A stretch of 64,000 bases of DNA from Candidatus Kerfeldbacteria bacterium (GCA_043799405.1 JAZDNT010000003.1:15461-79460), one strand, 5' to 3'. Positions 8,764 to 17,450 are shown, counted from the stretch's first letter. Translations and numbers: made by a program. The notes: generated from the letters alone by a model not told the origin.

Positions 8764-8980
8764 CCTTCCCCTTAGTAAGGGGAAGGGAGGAAGTCGAGCG
8801 TAGCGAGACGACGGCAAGGGGTTCTCCCCTCCTTAACTAAGGAGGGGAGGTGAGCTCGAGCGAGGGATATTCAAAATCCCGCAGCGAGAGCCGCGGGGGA
8901 GGTCAACCCTCCCCTTTCAAAGGGGAGGGTAGGAAGACCGACGAAGCCGGGCGACGGAGAGGGGCCGCCCGTCCCCTCCT
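8764..8980. repeat. cluster of four polypurine/polypyrimidine palindromic hairpins
   Basis: 8764-8786 CCTTCCCCTTA-G-TAAGGGGAAGG. 8824-8849 CTCCCCTCCTTA-AC-TAAGGAGGGGAG. 8906-8930 ACCCTCCCCTTT-C-AAAGGGGAGGGT. About 8956-8979 GGAGAGGGG...CCCCTCC. All lie between the tsaB stop and the mra promoter. Confidence 0.7.
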
Positions 8981-8984
8981 CCTA

Positions 8985-9389
8985 CTACGCGCGTCGCTTG
9001 GGTTTCGTAATGTGAGCAGGTCTTCCGTAGAACGGCACGATGATAGTACCGACCTTCGCGATTGGAAGTTTCTTTATTCCCTGTTCTGCAAGACTACGCA
9101 TCAAACATTCACCGCGCACACCTACAGCAGGAATCCTAAGAGCGTAGCTCATCGCATTCGCAACAGCACATGCGCTCCGGAGCGCAGAGAACGGACCAGG
9201 TCCGATCGCTACGATAATGCCTCGCAGATCACGAGGAGACACGCAATGTTTTCGAAGTACTTCATCAATGACATTAAGAAGCTGTCCCCTGACAGGACCG
9301 TCAAACGCTTTCTGCACTGTATGGAGCCTTCGATCTTTGAGGCCGACCCTGATCGTGCCTGTTCGTGTTGTATCGATAAGAAGCGTCAT
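8985..9389 (-). CDS. tsaB: tRNA threonylcarbamoyladenosine biosynthesis protein TsaB-like (short, 134 aa)
   Basis: Start moved to MTLLIDTTRTGTIRVGL (ATGA overlap with the upstream gene at 9386-9389). Motif GIIVAIGPGPFSALRSACAVANAMSYALRIP is typical of YeaZ/TsaB. The C-terminal half of longer homologues is absent. Confidence 0.7.
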   Translation of the reverse strand: MTLLIDTTRTGTIRVGLKDRRLHTVQKAFDGPVRGQLLNVIDEVLRKHCVSPRDLRGIIVAIGPGPFSALRSACAVANAMSYALRIPAVGVRGECLMRSLAEQGIKKLPIAKVGTIIVPFYGRPAHITKPKRRA

Positions 9390-10579
9390 ACAAGTCCGAG
9401 CGACGTACACTGCTGACGGAATCCGGGATACATTCTTGTAAATGGCATTTGATCGATCGTCACCCATCGCAGCGCTGTGTGTTCCCAATCAAGCTTCACC
9501 TTTATCTTTTCTGTTTTAAAAAGATACGGTGTTACGACCCACGTAATATCGAGATCGCGGTCGTGAAGTGCTACCGGAACGCCTTTTTTCACGAACCTGA
9601 CGTCGCGTTTTACAAAACCGGTCTCCTCCTTAAGTTCGAGGAGTGCTTGTATCAGAGGATCAGCGCCGTGCGGAAGGTGTCCCCCGACAACGCCCCAAAA
9701 CCTACGGTACGAGCCAACTGCGTTCGAGCGTTTCATGATGAGATAACGATCGCGCCGACGCACAAACGCGACTACGGCAAGCTTTCTCCTGTTCTTCAGA
9801 TATTCCGCGCACCAACGCCGTACTTCCCGTTCCATAAAAATGTAATCGGATGGCCGCATGAATCCGTGGCGGCCGTTGTGAACGACTGCGAGCGTATGCA
9901 GACCTTCGAGGTTTCGTACAAGAGCACGCGATTCGGAGATCGGAACAAAGCGATCTGCAGTGCCGTGTACTACGAGCACTGGCTGGTGCACATGCGTCGC
10001 CTCTTTGAGCGTATCGATCGTACGCCGATCCATCCAGTACCGGAACCCGAGGCGCAACGGCTTAGAGAGGTGAGGTCGTCTCACAACCAGATACCCGAGC
10101 CTTCGCCACTTCCTGATGACCGCTGGTGTGTACACGTGGCGTTCGTGCGTCTTAATGTCGCCGACTGGCGCCAACAGCACGAGCGTATGGATGTCCGCCC
10201 CGCGCGCACGGGCAAGCAACAGCGTCGTGCCGCCCATCGAGTGTCCAATGCCTGCGATGGCGTGCGGATTGATGCGCGGCTGACGCTGGAGGAACCGAAC
10301 TGCAGCGAAAACGTCCTCGATGCACCGCGTGTAGGTAAAGTTCCTGAACCCGCCGGCGCTCTCGCCGTGACCGTTAAAATCGATCGACAGTACCGCGTAA
10401 CCCTGTTTCGTGAGCGACTGCGTTAACTTCGGAAAGAAAATCCCATGTCGATTCCCCGTGTAGCCGTGCACGAGGAGAATCGCCGGTACACGCTTTCCAT
10501 GCTTGCTGTCTGGATAGGAAAGGTCGCCGACAATAGTGCGGTTATGATGGCGAAAATGTACTACGCGTACTGTAGCCAT
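9386..10579 (-). CDS. alpha/beta hydrolase fused to a C-terminal NUDIX hydrolase domain
   Basis: Start taken at MATVRVV (10579). N-terminal half has the GHSMGG nucleophile elbow and HG oxyanion motif (LLVHGYTG). C-terminal half has a Nudix-box-like GGHLPHGADPLIQALLELKEETGF. Confidence 0.72.
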   Translation of the reverse strand: MATVRVVHFRHHNRTIVGDLSYPDSKHGKRVPAILLVHGYTGNRHGIFFPKLTQSLTKQGYAVLSIDFNGHGESAGGFRNFTYTRCIEDVFAAVRFLQRQPRINPHAIAGIGHSMGGTTLLLARARGADIHTLVLLAPVGDIKTHERHVYTPAVIRKWRRLGYLVVRRPHLSKPLRLGFRYWMDRRTIDTLKEATHVHQPVLVVHGTADRFVPISESRALVRNLEGLHTLAVVHNGRHGFMRPSDYIFMEREVRRWCAEYLKNRRKLAVVAFVRRRDRYLIMKRSNAVGSYRRFWGVVGGHLPHGADPLIQALLELKEETGFVKRDVRFVKKGVPVALHDRDLDITWVVTPYLFKTEKIKVKLDWEHTALRWVTIDQMPFTRMYPGFRQQCTSLGLV

Positions 10580-10655
10580 GCGTGCAGTATAGCAGAAATG
10601 ATGCACCCCGCGCCGTGTAAGAAAACCGACGCGGGGTTGTTGCTCCAAACGGTAC

Positions 10656-11030
10656 TCACCTCCTGCCAGAGGGCGGATCCGTGTGGATGTGGTGGAGGAT
10701 CCGATGCCCCCACGGAATCACTAGGAGGCTGAAGCTAGTGAAGAACCCGAGCGAAGCGAGCGGTCCGTAGAAGATGAGGAACCACTTCGTCGCGTCCTTC
10801 TTGAACTCGGTGACGTGTCCGAGCTGCGACATCAGCATCGTCGAGTTCACTGCCGCGTCAAGCGCGCGGCATCCTTCGCAGGCGACAAACCCGACAATGC
10901 CCACGGTGAATACCACGACGTACAGGAGCGTCCCGAACGCCGCGCACCATAGTGCGCGCCGATAGAACTGCGTTCTCGGTAGAAGCGGCTCGGCGACCTT
11001 CTCGATTCCTTCGATCAATCGGAGAAGCAT
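10656..11030 (-). CDS. small membrane protein (124 aa)
   Basis: Two to three hydrophobic helices (LWCAAFGTLLYVVVFTVGIVGFV; WFLIFYGPLASLGFFTSFSLLVI). No family recognised. Confidence 0.5.
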   Translation of the reverse strand: MLLRLIEGIEKVAEPLLPRTQFYRRALWCAAFGTLLYVVVFTVGIVGFVACEGCRALDAAVNSTMLMSQLGHVTEFKKDATKWFLIFYGPLASLGFFTSFSLLVIPWGHRILHHIHTDPPSGRR

Positions 11031-11218
11031 GCGACCCTCCTTCGAAACGAGCTGGCGGGATTGTCGGATACTGCGGGAACTGAATGGATGAACCTAACAC
11101 TCCCGGGCATTCCCGTCAATACCAAAGCTCCGGGGGCTTGCTTTTTTATACAGGCTGTGCTATTGTGTCATGTCTGACTCGCAGTGAGTTGGACATCACA
11201 CTAAGGGAGGGGTAAGCC

Positions 11219-11506
11219 ATGGAGACCATGCAGTTGCCGCCCGTTGCGGTCACGATCGGAATGCCCACGTCGGGGCACTTGGAAACGGGACAGGAGGTGA
11301 CATTGACCTTCCACGCCATCCCCGACCGGGTGCTGAATAACCTCGGATTCGCCCTGGAGGCGCTCGGTGGACACCTGACTGCCGAGGGCGGCAACGTCGT
11401 CTGCCGTCTGAAGCTGGTGAAGAATGTGACTACCTTCACCCCCGCCCACATCCGCAACGGTGAGATGCAGGGCGAGCGACAGCCCTTCGCCAGCGATGAT
11501 CGTTGA
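11219..11506 (+). CDS. hypothetical protein (95 aa)
   Basis: Strong SD (AGGGAGGGG, 6 nt before the ATG) and a possible promoter TTGCTT-17-TATTGT upstream. Competing antisense ORFs lack an RBS. Confidence 0.4.
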   Translation: METMQLPPVAVTIGMPTSGHLETGQEVTLTFHAIPDRVLNNLGFALEALGGHLTAEGGNVVCRLKLVKNVTTFTPAHIRNGEMQGERQPFASDDR

Positions 11507-11684
11507 TTCAATGAGGCTGCTGCGCCCCGTGTCGGAGAGTTCTTCGGAACAATCTGACATGGGGCTTCTTCTTTTCCAAACAAATAATTACCTATTATTA
11601 GAGCCTTTTTGAAATTTTTAAGTGGGCGGGGGCTCCCGACGGTATTTCCATCAGGAGTTTCGTCTGATTATTTCAATAATACGC

Positions 11685-12374
11685 TTACCACGTCCGAACG
11701 ACTTTTCCATTGACGACCCTCAGGTTCGACATCGGGTACTTCGAGTCCCGAACAAACATGTCGTCCGTAGGATCATAGACCCAGACGCGGATCGATGACT
11801 TCAGCTTATCGACGATCGTTACGAGGCTGTACGTGTTGTCCGATGAAAGACGGATGAATTGCGGAACGACGGATCCGCCTTTCGTCTTGACCGCCGTGAG
11901 CTTCACTTCATTGCCGAGGCCCATGGTCATGAACTTGTAGAGCCGTACGGACAAACCCTTCTTTGTTCCAACCGCGACATAGACAGAATTCGTCATGGTC
12001 TCGACTCTGATGTCGAAGTTCATACCCCACTTCGTGGAAGAGCCGAACGGCTTCACGGTCTGCATGCGCTTGCCTACACCGTTATAGACGTAGACCGCAT
12101 CCTTCGACCATGCGTCCTGCGTCCCAAAGATGTAGAGCGAACCAATGTCTCCGAACGTGACCTGCCGCGCCCATATCTTTCCAGTGTATGTTTTCGAGAA
12201 CGGGCGGATCTTCATTGGAATACCGCTTGCCGGCGTGATCGTGAAAACGCCTTTTGAATCTTTGAGAACGGCTACGGTAGGCGCAAGCGTTTCATCAGCA
12301 TGAGCATGGGAAATCCCGATACTGACGCAAAGAACCGCAGAAGCTGCGATGCCGAGAAGAACGTGTTTGAACAT
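11685..12374 (-). CDS. secreted protein; paralogue of the C-terminal domain of the 13040-14989 protein
   Basis: Signal peptide MFKHVLLGIAASAVLCVSIGISHAHA. The body aligns with residues about 450-649 of the neighbouring 649-aa protein (KIRPFSKTYTGKIWARQVTFG vs KVQPFEKSYKGKIWAKRINFG; VYVAVGTKKG vs VYLAVGTRKAG). Confidence 0.7.
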   Translation of the reverse strand: MFKHVLLGIAASAVLCVSIGISHAHADETLAPTVAVLKDSKGVFTITPASGIPMKIRPFSKTYTGKIWARQVTFGDIGSLYIFGTQDAWSKDAVYVYNGVGKRMQTVKPFGSSTKWGMNFDIRVETMTNSVYVAVGTKKGLSVRLYKFMTMGLGNEVKLTAVKTKGGSVVPQFIRLSSDNTYSLVTIVDKLKSSIRVWVYDPTDDMFVRDSKYPMSNLRVVNGKVVRTW

Positions 12375-12580
12375 ATTCCTCCTTACGATAACGACGAATG
12401 ATACCTCAACACTACGTTCGAAGTACAGCTTTTGTCAACTGATAAAAAGAGTCCCCGCGCCGGATTCTAAAACGAGTTCAGGAGAACCGACGCGGGGCTG
12501 ACGCTGCATGGCACTGGGCACGATGTCCTCGTGGTTCAATGCTGGCAGTAGTGACAGCTAGAGTGCGTCACGATACGACG

Positions 12581-12784
12581 CTACGCTGCTGTACGAACGA
12601 TGCATTCTGGCATGACGCCGGAGTGGCTGCACGAAGCTCCGTCGAGACCATCGTGCTTCACGAGCAACCAGCGTTCCTCGCGGCCTTCCGGAAACGACTG
12701 CCGACCCGGATCCGGGTGCGCTTCGACCGCGTAGTACTGCCTGCACACCTCGCACCATCCCCGTACACCTGCACCGGTACACAC
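12581..12784 (-). CDS. small Cys-rich protein (67 aa), hypothetical
   Basis: GTG start preceded by AGGGAGGTG. Contains CEVC...C...C, possibly a zinc ribbon. Several overlapping alternative ORFs make it uncertain. Confidence 0.3.
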   Translation of the reverse strand: MCTGAGVRGWCEVCRQYYAVEAHPDPGRQSFPEGREERWLLVKHDGLDGASCSHSGVMPECIVRTAA

Positions 12785-13039
12785 AGTTCACCACCTCCCT
12801 TGACGTAAAATGAGCGGTACGCTAGCCACACGTCCGCTTCTTATAGTTACTCCACAACCTCTAGAGGGCTGCGTCCCTTCTGTATTATCACCACCCCTAA
12901 CCATAGTCAAGTCCGCGAACAAACTCAAATTCATCACGCTGCGCTCCCGATTTTTTCCCATCAATGCCTCAGCCACCACAAGAAGCGCGCCCATCGTTCG
13001 GCGGGCGTGCTTAACAATATTGGGTACTGCCCCGAATCG

Positions 13040-14989
13040 TTATTTTAATTTAATGGTGTCACCAGAAATCTTTAGCTTCTTCAATGAGTATGTCTTATCC
13101 TGCGTGAACTTGTTGGTTGCTGGATTGAGCTTCCAAACCTTCATTGTCTGGGCGGAACTATTTACGGCTGTTACCAGACCGTACTGATTAGCATAGAGTT
13201 TCAGAAATTTTACCATTACATTACCGGATGTTTTTCCGACCTTAACGGAATGAACGAACTTCAGCCCTGTCGAACTAACTTCGTACACCACAGCCGTTGT
13301 TCCGGCTTTCCTAGTGCCGACCGCCAAGTAAACAACATCGTTTAGCGGCTCGACAACGATATCAATATTAAACCCCGAAGTGCTGAATCCGCCAAACGGT
13401 TTTACTGTTTTTATCAACGTCCCTTTCGGACCATATACCTTAATGGCACTCTTTGCATACGTATCGGTCGGTGCAAACAAGTAAAGCGACCCAAGACCTT
13501 CTCCGAAATTAATGCGCTTTGCCCAGATTTTGCCTTTATATGATTTTTCGAACGGTTGTACTTTAACGGACTTTCCGGCGAGCGTAACAAGCGAGTATTT
13601 ATTCTTTGATTGCTTTAAGTTAGTGATTACCGGAAGAGCAGTTTGCACACCAAGCACGCGGCCTTTAGAAATAACTTTTACAGTCCGTACTGCTGTTATC
13701 GCGTTTCCACTCGAATCAGTAACGGAATAAGTAACAGAGTAGTCACCAATCACAGCGGTGTTCACAGTCGATGCCGTAGAAATCTTCGAGGTAATGTCGC
13801 CGTTAACGGAGTCAGAAGCAGTAGCGCCTGCATCAGTGTAAACGGCGTTCTTATCGACCGTCACAGGGTTGCTGCCAAGTATCGTAATGATCGGCTTTGT
13901 CGAATCGACAACTTGAACGGTCCGCGTTACCGCAGTTGCAGCGTTTCCAGCTTCATCACTCACATTGTACGTTACAGCATACGTCCCGACTTTTGCCGTG
14001 TTTACTGCATTGGTGACACTGATTCTTGAAGCAATTACTGCGTCGAGATTATCTGTCGCTGATACACCGGAATCGGAATATAAAGACCCTGCTTCTACAG
14101 TCATTGAACCGGAACCGATAAGTGTAAGGATCGGTTTCGTTGCGTCCACCTTGAACGATGCGGTTTTCGTAACCTCGGCATTTCCTGCTACATCACTCGA
14201 GATATATGAAAGCGTATGAGTACCCTCCAAGGCCGCAAAGGGTCCGGCATAGGGGATCAAAACTCCGCTGTCCCAGGTGTAGAACGGTTTATCGACACCG
14301 CTACCACCAACATCGTCGGAAACCGAAAGAGTTATTGTGGGGATTGCCGTGTAATACGAATTACTCCCATTAGGTGCTGAGGGGAAAACCGATAAAACCG
14401 TTGTAGGGGCAGTTAAGTCTGGCTTTTCAATATTCACTTTAACGTCATCAACTAACACAATGGTTTGTTCGGCTGTATCATTTATAATTCCGACAACAAC
14501 CCTCATCGTTTTTCCCTGCGCTGCCGTAACATCACATGATAAATTCGTCCATGTTCCCGGCGCGCCATCGATAACAGGATCTTTTATGATGAGACAGAAT
14601 TCTTCAGTAATATCATTCTTGTTAAATGCCCACATAACATATGCATCGTACCTAGAAAGATATTCGGAGGAATAGAGGGCATACCACCCACTAAACGTTG
14701 CACTTGTAATTCCATTTGGAACAACAATATCTTGCTGGATAAAATCCATTGTATTAATCCTACCCATTAATGCACCGCGACTACCGCCATGCCAAATGAT
14801 AGGTGAAAAAACACCTATGTTACTTCCAGGAGGTTGTTGTACCCACCCTGTTCCAACGGGATCATTTTCAAATCCACCATTAACGACTAAATCCTGTGAA
14901 TAATATGCTTTCGCTTGACCGTTGTGAATGGCGAGCGATCCAGTCAACACAAAAATCGCGATAGACGCGAACATTAGTACTTTTTTCAT
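13040..14989 (-). CDS. secreted multidomain surface protein (N-terminal CBM-like domain, Ig-like domains, C-terminal domain of unknown function)
   Basis: Signal peptide MKKVLMFASIAIFVLTGSLAIHNGQAKA. A GGFENDPVGTGW segment typical of galactose-binding-like/CBM modules. Two tandem Ig-like repeats (PILTLIGSGSMTVEAGSLYSDSGVSATD... and PIITILGSNPVTVDKNAVYTDAGATASD...). C-terminal about 200 aa is paralogous to 11685-12374. Confidence 0.82.
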   Translation of the reverse strand: MKKVLMFASIAIFVLTGSLAIHNGQAKAYYSQDLVVNGGFENDPVGTGWVQQPPGSNIGVFSPIIWHGGSRGALMGRINTMDFIQQDIVVPNGITSATFSGWYALYSSEYLSRYDAYVMWAFNKNDITEEFCLIIKDPVIDGAPGTWTNLSCDVTAAQGKTMRVVVGIINDTAEQTIVLVDDVKVNIEKPDLTAPTTVLSVFPSAPNGSNSYYTAIPTITLSVSDDVGGSGVDKPFYTWDSGVLIPYAGPFAALEGTHTLSYISSDVAGNAEVTKTASFKVDATKPILTLIGSGSMTVEAGSLYSDSGVSATDNLDAVIASRISVTNAVNTAKVGTYAVTYNVSDEAGNAATAVTRTVQVVDSTKPIITILGSNPVTVDKNAVYTDAGATASDSVNGDITSKISTASTVNTAVIGDYSVTYSVTDSSGNAITAVRTVKVISKGRVLGVQTALPVITNLKQSKNKYSLVTLAGKSVKVQPFEKSYKGKIWAKRINFGEGLGSLYLFAPTDTYAKSAIKVYGPKGTLIKTVKPFGGFSTSGFNIDIVVEPLNDVVYLAVGTRKAGTTAVVYEVSSTGLKFVHSVKVGKTSGNVMVKFLKLYANQYGLVTAVNSSAQTMKVWKLNPATNKFTQDKTYSLKKLKISGDTIKLK

Positions 14990-15196
14990 AAGTCTCCTTA
15001 ACTACATTTATTGACGCCACAACCATACCCCCCCCCCGACGTTTCTGTCAAACCTGTTTATCAACTAATTATTCACAATCCATTATTCATCCTGCACCAC
15101 AGTTACTACATCCATTGTGTCACCACTCTTCCCCATCAACCCCTTCTCAACCCCGTTAGAGAGACGCTCAATCACTCGTCAACAATTTTCACTTCA

Positions 15197-16606
15197 TTAC
15201 TCGTATATTAAAAGAGGCTCTCTAACGGGGTCAATCCCTGTAATATCCCACCCAACGGTCTTCCGGTAACCGATGCGGTCAGGCACATGGTGCCCGGCGA
15301 GCCCGAGCATGCTGCCCGGCACGATCACATACTCGCCGTAACGATCATTTATCTCATCCAAGGCCTTCTGCAATCCATAGTCTTTTGGCCCTGCCCCGCA
15401 CCGCTCCGAGCTTAGCGAGGAGCTGGTGCGGGGTTTCCCGAACAGCGACAGCTGCCGCGACACTGGTGCCAAGTCAAACGTGTACACCGCAAAGAAGCTC
15501 GGAATGCCGGTCATATGCTCCCGCCTAAAAATGTCGAGTGCCGTCCGGAACAGCACGCGCGTGTCCGCGGTTCTGTCAGGCAAGCGCACTGACTCTCCAA
15601 AAAAATCCGTCCGAGGGCTGCGGGTCTCGCGGGACCCGAGACCGAGGACACCTTCGGAAACGGGAGGCGTGGGAAGGGAGAAACCGCCAGCATTAGCGGG
15701 GTTTCTCTCTCCCAGTATTCCGAGCGTCGTCCCGAACCCGCACCACAGCGCGCCCGCTTCCATATCCAAACTCCGCAACCGCCTGCCGGTCTTTTCGCAG
15801 AGCTTTAAAAGTACGGCTTCATGGAACCGTTGGTCGTTCGTCCGCCTCCGCAGCACGTGGCTGTGCCCCACGGACTTCGGCGGACGAGGCGTCTGCACGC
15901 GCGACAACTCGATCGCATTGAGATTTGCCCAGAGCTCGTACCCGCGCATGCCGAACGACTGAATAAGGTTTGCGACGGGGTAGCGCTTGAGCTCCAATAG
16001 ATCCCGGATACCGAGGTCCATGAGTTTCGCTGCGGTCCGGTCCGCAATGCCCCAGGCCTCGGTAAGCTCGCGGCCCGTAAGGTACGCGTCGAGCATATCC
16101 GCAGTCAAAACCACTAATCCGCCCTTCTCACACGTGTCAGCGCCGAACTTCGCGAGCCATCTCGTCGCGGCAATCCCCATAGAACAGGTCAGCCACTCCC
16201 CGACCTCGCCCAAGATCCGCTGCTTGATCCGCCGCCCCAGTTCTGATGCGGCATCAAAATCAGCGACGAACCCGGTCAGGTTCACGAACGCCTCATCAAT
16301 CGAGTACGGCTCGATGTCCTCGGAGTATTCGGCGAGTATCGAAAAGATCTTCTCCGTCGTTGACCGATACTTCGGCGGGTCCACCTCCACCAAGATGACG
16401 TTCGGATCGATGGCGCGCGCATCTTGCACGCGGCAACCGACCTTGATGCCCTCTTTCTTCGCTTCCTTTGACGAAGCAATAATGCAGCCGTTCCGCGTCA
16501 TCGTCGCGCACACACCAAGCGGTTTTCCACGATAGAACGGATTCGCCTGCTGTTCTACCGAAGCGAAGTAACTGTTCATATCTAGGTGGAGAATTATTCT
16601 CTGCAT
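15197..16606 (-). CDS. dinB: Y-family DNA polymerase IV with an internal ~40-aa insertion
   Basis: MQRIILHLDMNSYFASVEQ..., YSIDEAFVNLTG catalytic motif, and HhH thumb. 469 aa, longer than I would expect for DinB. The extra segment is LGILGERNPANAGGFSLPTPPVSEGVLGLGSRETRSPRTDFF in the little-finger region. Confidence 0.88.
   Translation of the reverse strand: MQRIILHLDMNSYFASVEQQANPFYRGKPLGVCATMTRNGCIIASSKEAKKEGIKVGCRVQDARAIDPNVILVEVDPPKYRSTTEKIFSILAEYSEDIEPYSIDEAFVNLTGFVADFDAASELGRRIKQRILGEVGEWLTCSMGIAATRWLAKFGADTCEKGGLVVLTADMLDAYLTGRELTEAWGIADRTAAKLMDLGIRDLLELKRYPVANLIQSFGMRGYELWANLNAIELSRVQTPRPPKSVGHSHVLRRRTNDQRFHEAVLLKLCEKTGRRLRSLDMEAGALWCGFGTTLGILGERNPANAGGFSLPTPPVSEGVLGLGSRETRSPRTDFFGESVRLPDRTADTRVLFRTALDIFRREHMTGIPSFFAVYTFDLAPVSRQLSLFGKPRTSSSLSSERCGAGPKDYGLQKALDEINDRYGEYVIVPGSMLGLAGHHVPDRIGYRKTVGWDITGIDPVREPLLIYE
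15623..15713. repeat. GC-rich palindromic element lying in frame inside dinB
   Basis: GGTCTCG-CGGGACC-CGAGACC (15623-15643) and GGGAAGGGAGAAACCGCC-AGCATTA-GCGGGGTTTCTCTCTCCC (15671-15713). The second part resembles the intergenic repeat at 7161-7199 and 19876-19918. Confidence 0.55.
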
Positions 16607-16701
16607 ATTACGAATTCATGCTTGCCCCACACTTGAACGCAGCGAATAGTGCGGGGTCTAAATGTAAGATGATACGTTGCATAGTGTTTTTGTTGTTCTG
16701 G

Positions 16702-16827
16702 GCGCCGCTCCTCCCTCACGCTGTCACTCCGAGGCGGAGCCGAGGAGTCCTGTTCCGGCGCTGTCAGCTTCGGAGCGGGACCTCTCGCTGACGCTCGAGG
16801 TGACGTTGAGGGGAGGAGCGGCGGCGC
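16702..16827. repeat. 126-nt imperfect palindrome upstream of dinB
   Basis: Outer arms GCGCCGCTCCTCCCTCA (16702-16718) and TGAGGGGAGGAGCGGCGGCGC (16807-16827), with further imperfect pairing inward (GTCAC/GTGAC, CCGAG.../...CTCGAGG). Confidence 0.6.
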
Positions 16828-16946
16828 AGCAATCCACGTCTTGACCGGAACGAACATTCAGGGCTACCCTGCAACCGACTGCACAGGAGGGTGCGGATCA
16901 TCCGTGCTCCTTCACAAACCGACTGCCAGACCACGGAGGCAACAAG

Positions 16947-17291
16947 ATGCTAAGCCAAGTTCAGTCAGCCGCGATTGTGCTCTTTCTGGAAGTACTCGTT
17001 CTCCTGATGGGGCCAATCAGCAGGTTGTTCCGCAAGCCAGGGGGCAACTCTTTCAAGGTGGAGGGCGCAGGGTCGCCGGCTACAGGACCAGAGATGCTGT
17101 TCTTCGGCGGGATAATAGTTCTTATCGCTGGGGGCGCACTGTGGAATAACTACCCCCAACAACGAAGTCTACTCACGAATCTGGCGATTGTGCTCGCAAT
17201 TCCGGTAGCGCTTGCCGCCTTCTGGGGTGTTGTGACTGGAGGTGACTACATCATTCGAGAACGCTCACCCAAGTCCCCGACCTCCAGTTGA
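16947..17291 (+). CDS. small membrane protein (114 aa)
   Basis: GGAGG 8 nt before the ATG. Three hydrophobic segments. First of three same-strand small ORFs in a region that looks GC-richer by eye. Confidence 0.5.
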   Translation: MLSQVQSAAIVLFLEVLVLLMGPISRLFRKPGGNSFKVEGAGSPATGPEMLFFGGIIVLIAGGALWNNYPQQRSLLTNLAIVLAIPVALAAFWGVVTGGDYIIRERSPKSPTSS

Positions 17292-17450
17292 GGTTTTGGA
17301 GGGTTGGGAACGACCCTCTGTTACCTCGATCATCGTTGTTCTGTAAACCTTTGGACAGGGAGGACGAGATCCGCAAACCGGCTGGGCAACCGGTGCGATG
17401 GATTCTCGTCTCCCTATCCTGTTCCACTCCCGAAAGCGAGGTGAGACACG

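Noticed and set aside
8764-8980. CRISPR array
   Set aside because: The hairpin units differ in sequence, their spacing is irregular (about 58 and 80 nt), there are only four of them, and no cas genes are nearby.
8850-9416. 188-aa plus-strand ORF
   Set aside because: It spans the hairpin cluster and lies antisense to tsaB. Composition is low-complexity (Gly/Arg/Ser) and there is no RBS.
11146-11583. 145-aa and 119-aa minus-strand ORFs
   Set aside because: Neither has an SD or promoter. The overlapping plus-strand 95-aa ORF has a strong SD and a plausible promoter, so it is preferred, though still at low confidence.
16607-16700. A LexA 16-mer or Cheo-type SOS box upstream of dinB
   Set aside because: Only loose similarities are present (GAACGCAGCGAAT; GTGTTTTTGTTGTTC). 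Neither matches the TTCGGTTTTTCTTCGG element nor GAAC-N4-GTTC.
16594-16857. 87-aa minus-strand ORF upstream of dinB
   Set aside because: It reads straight through the 126-nt palindrome. It has no RBS and a Pro/Arg/Ser-rich composition typical of GC-rich non-coding sequence.
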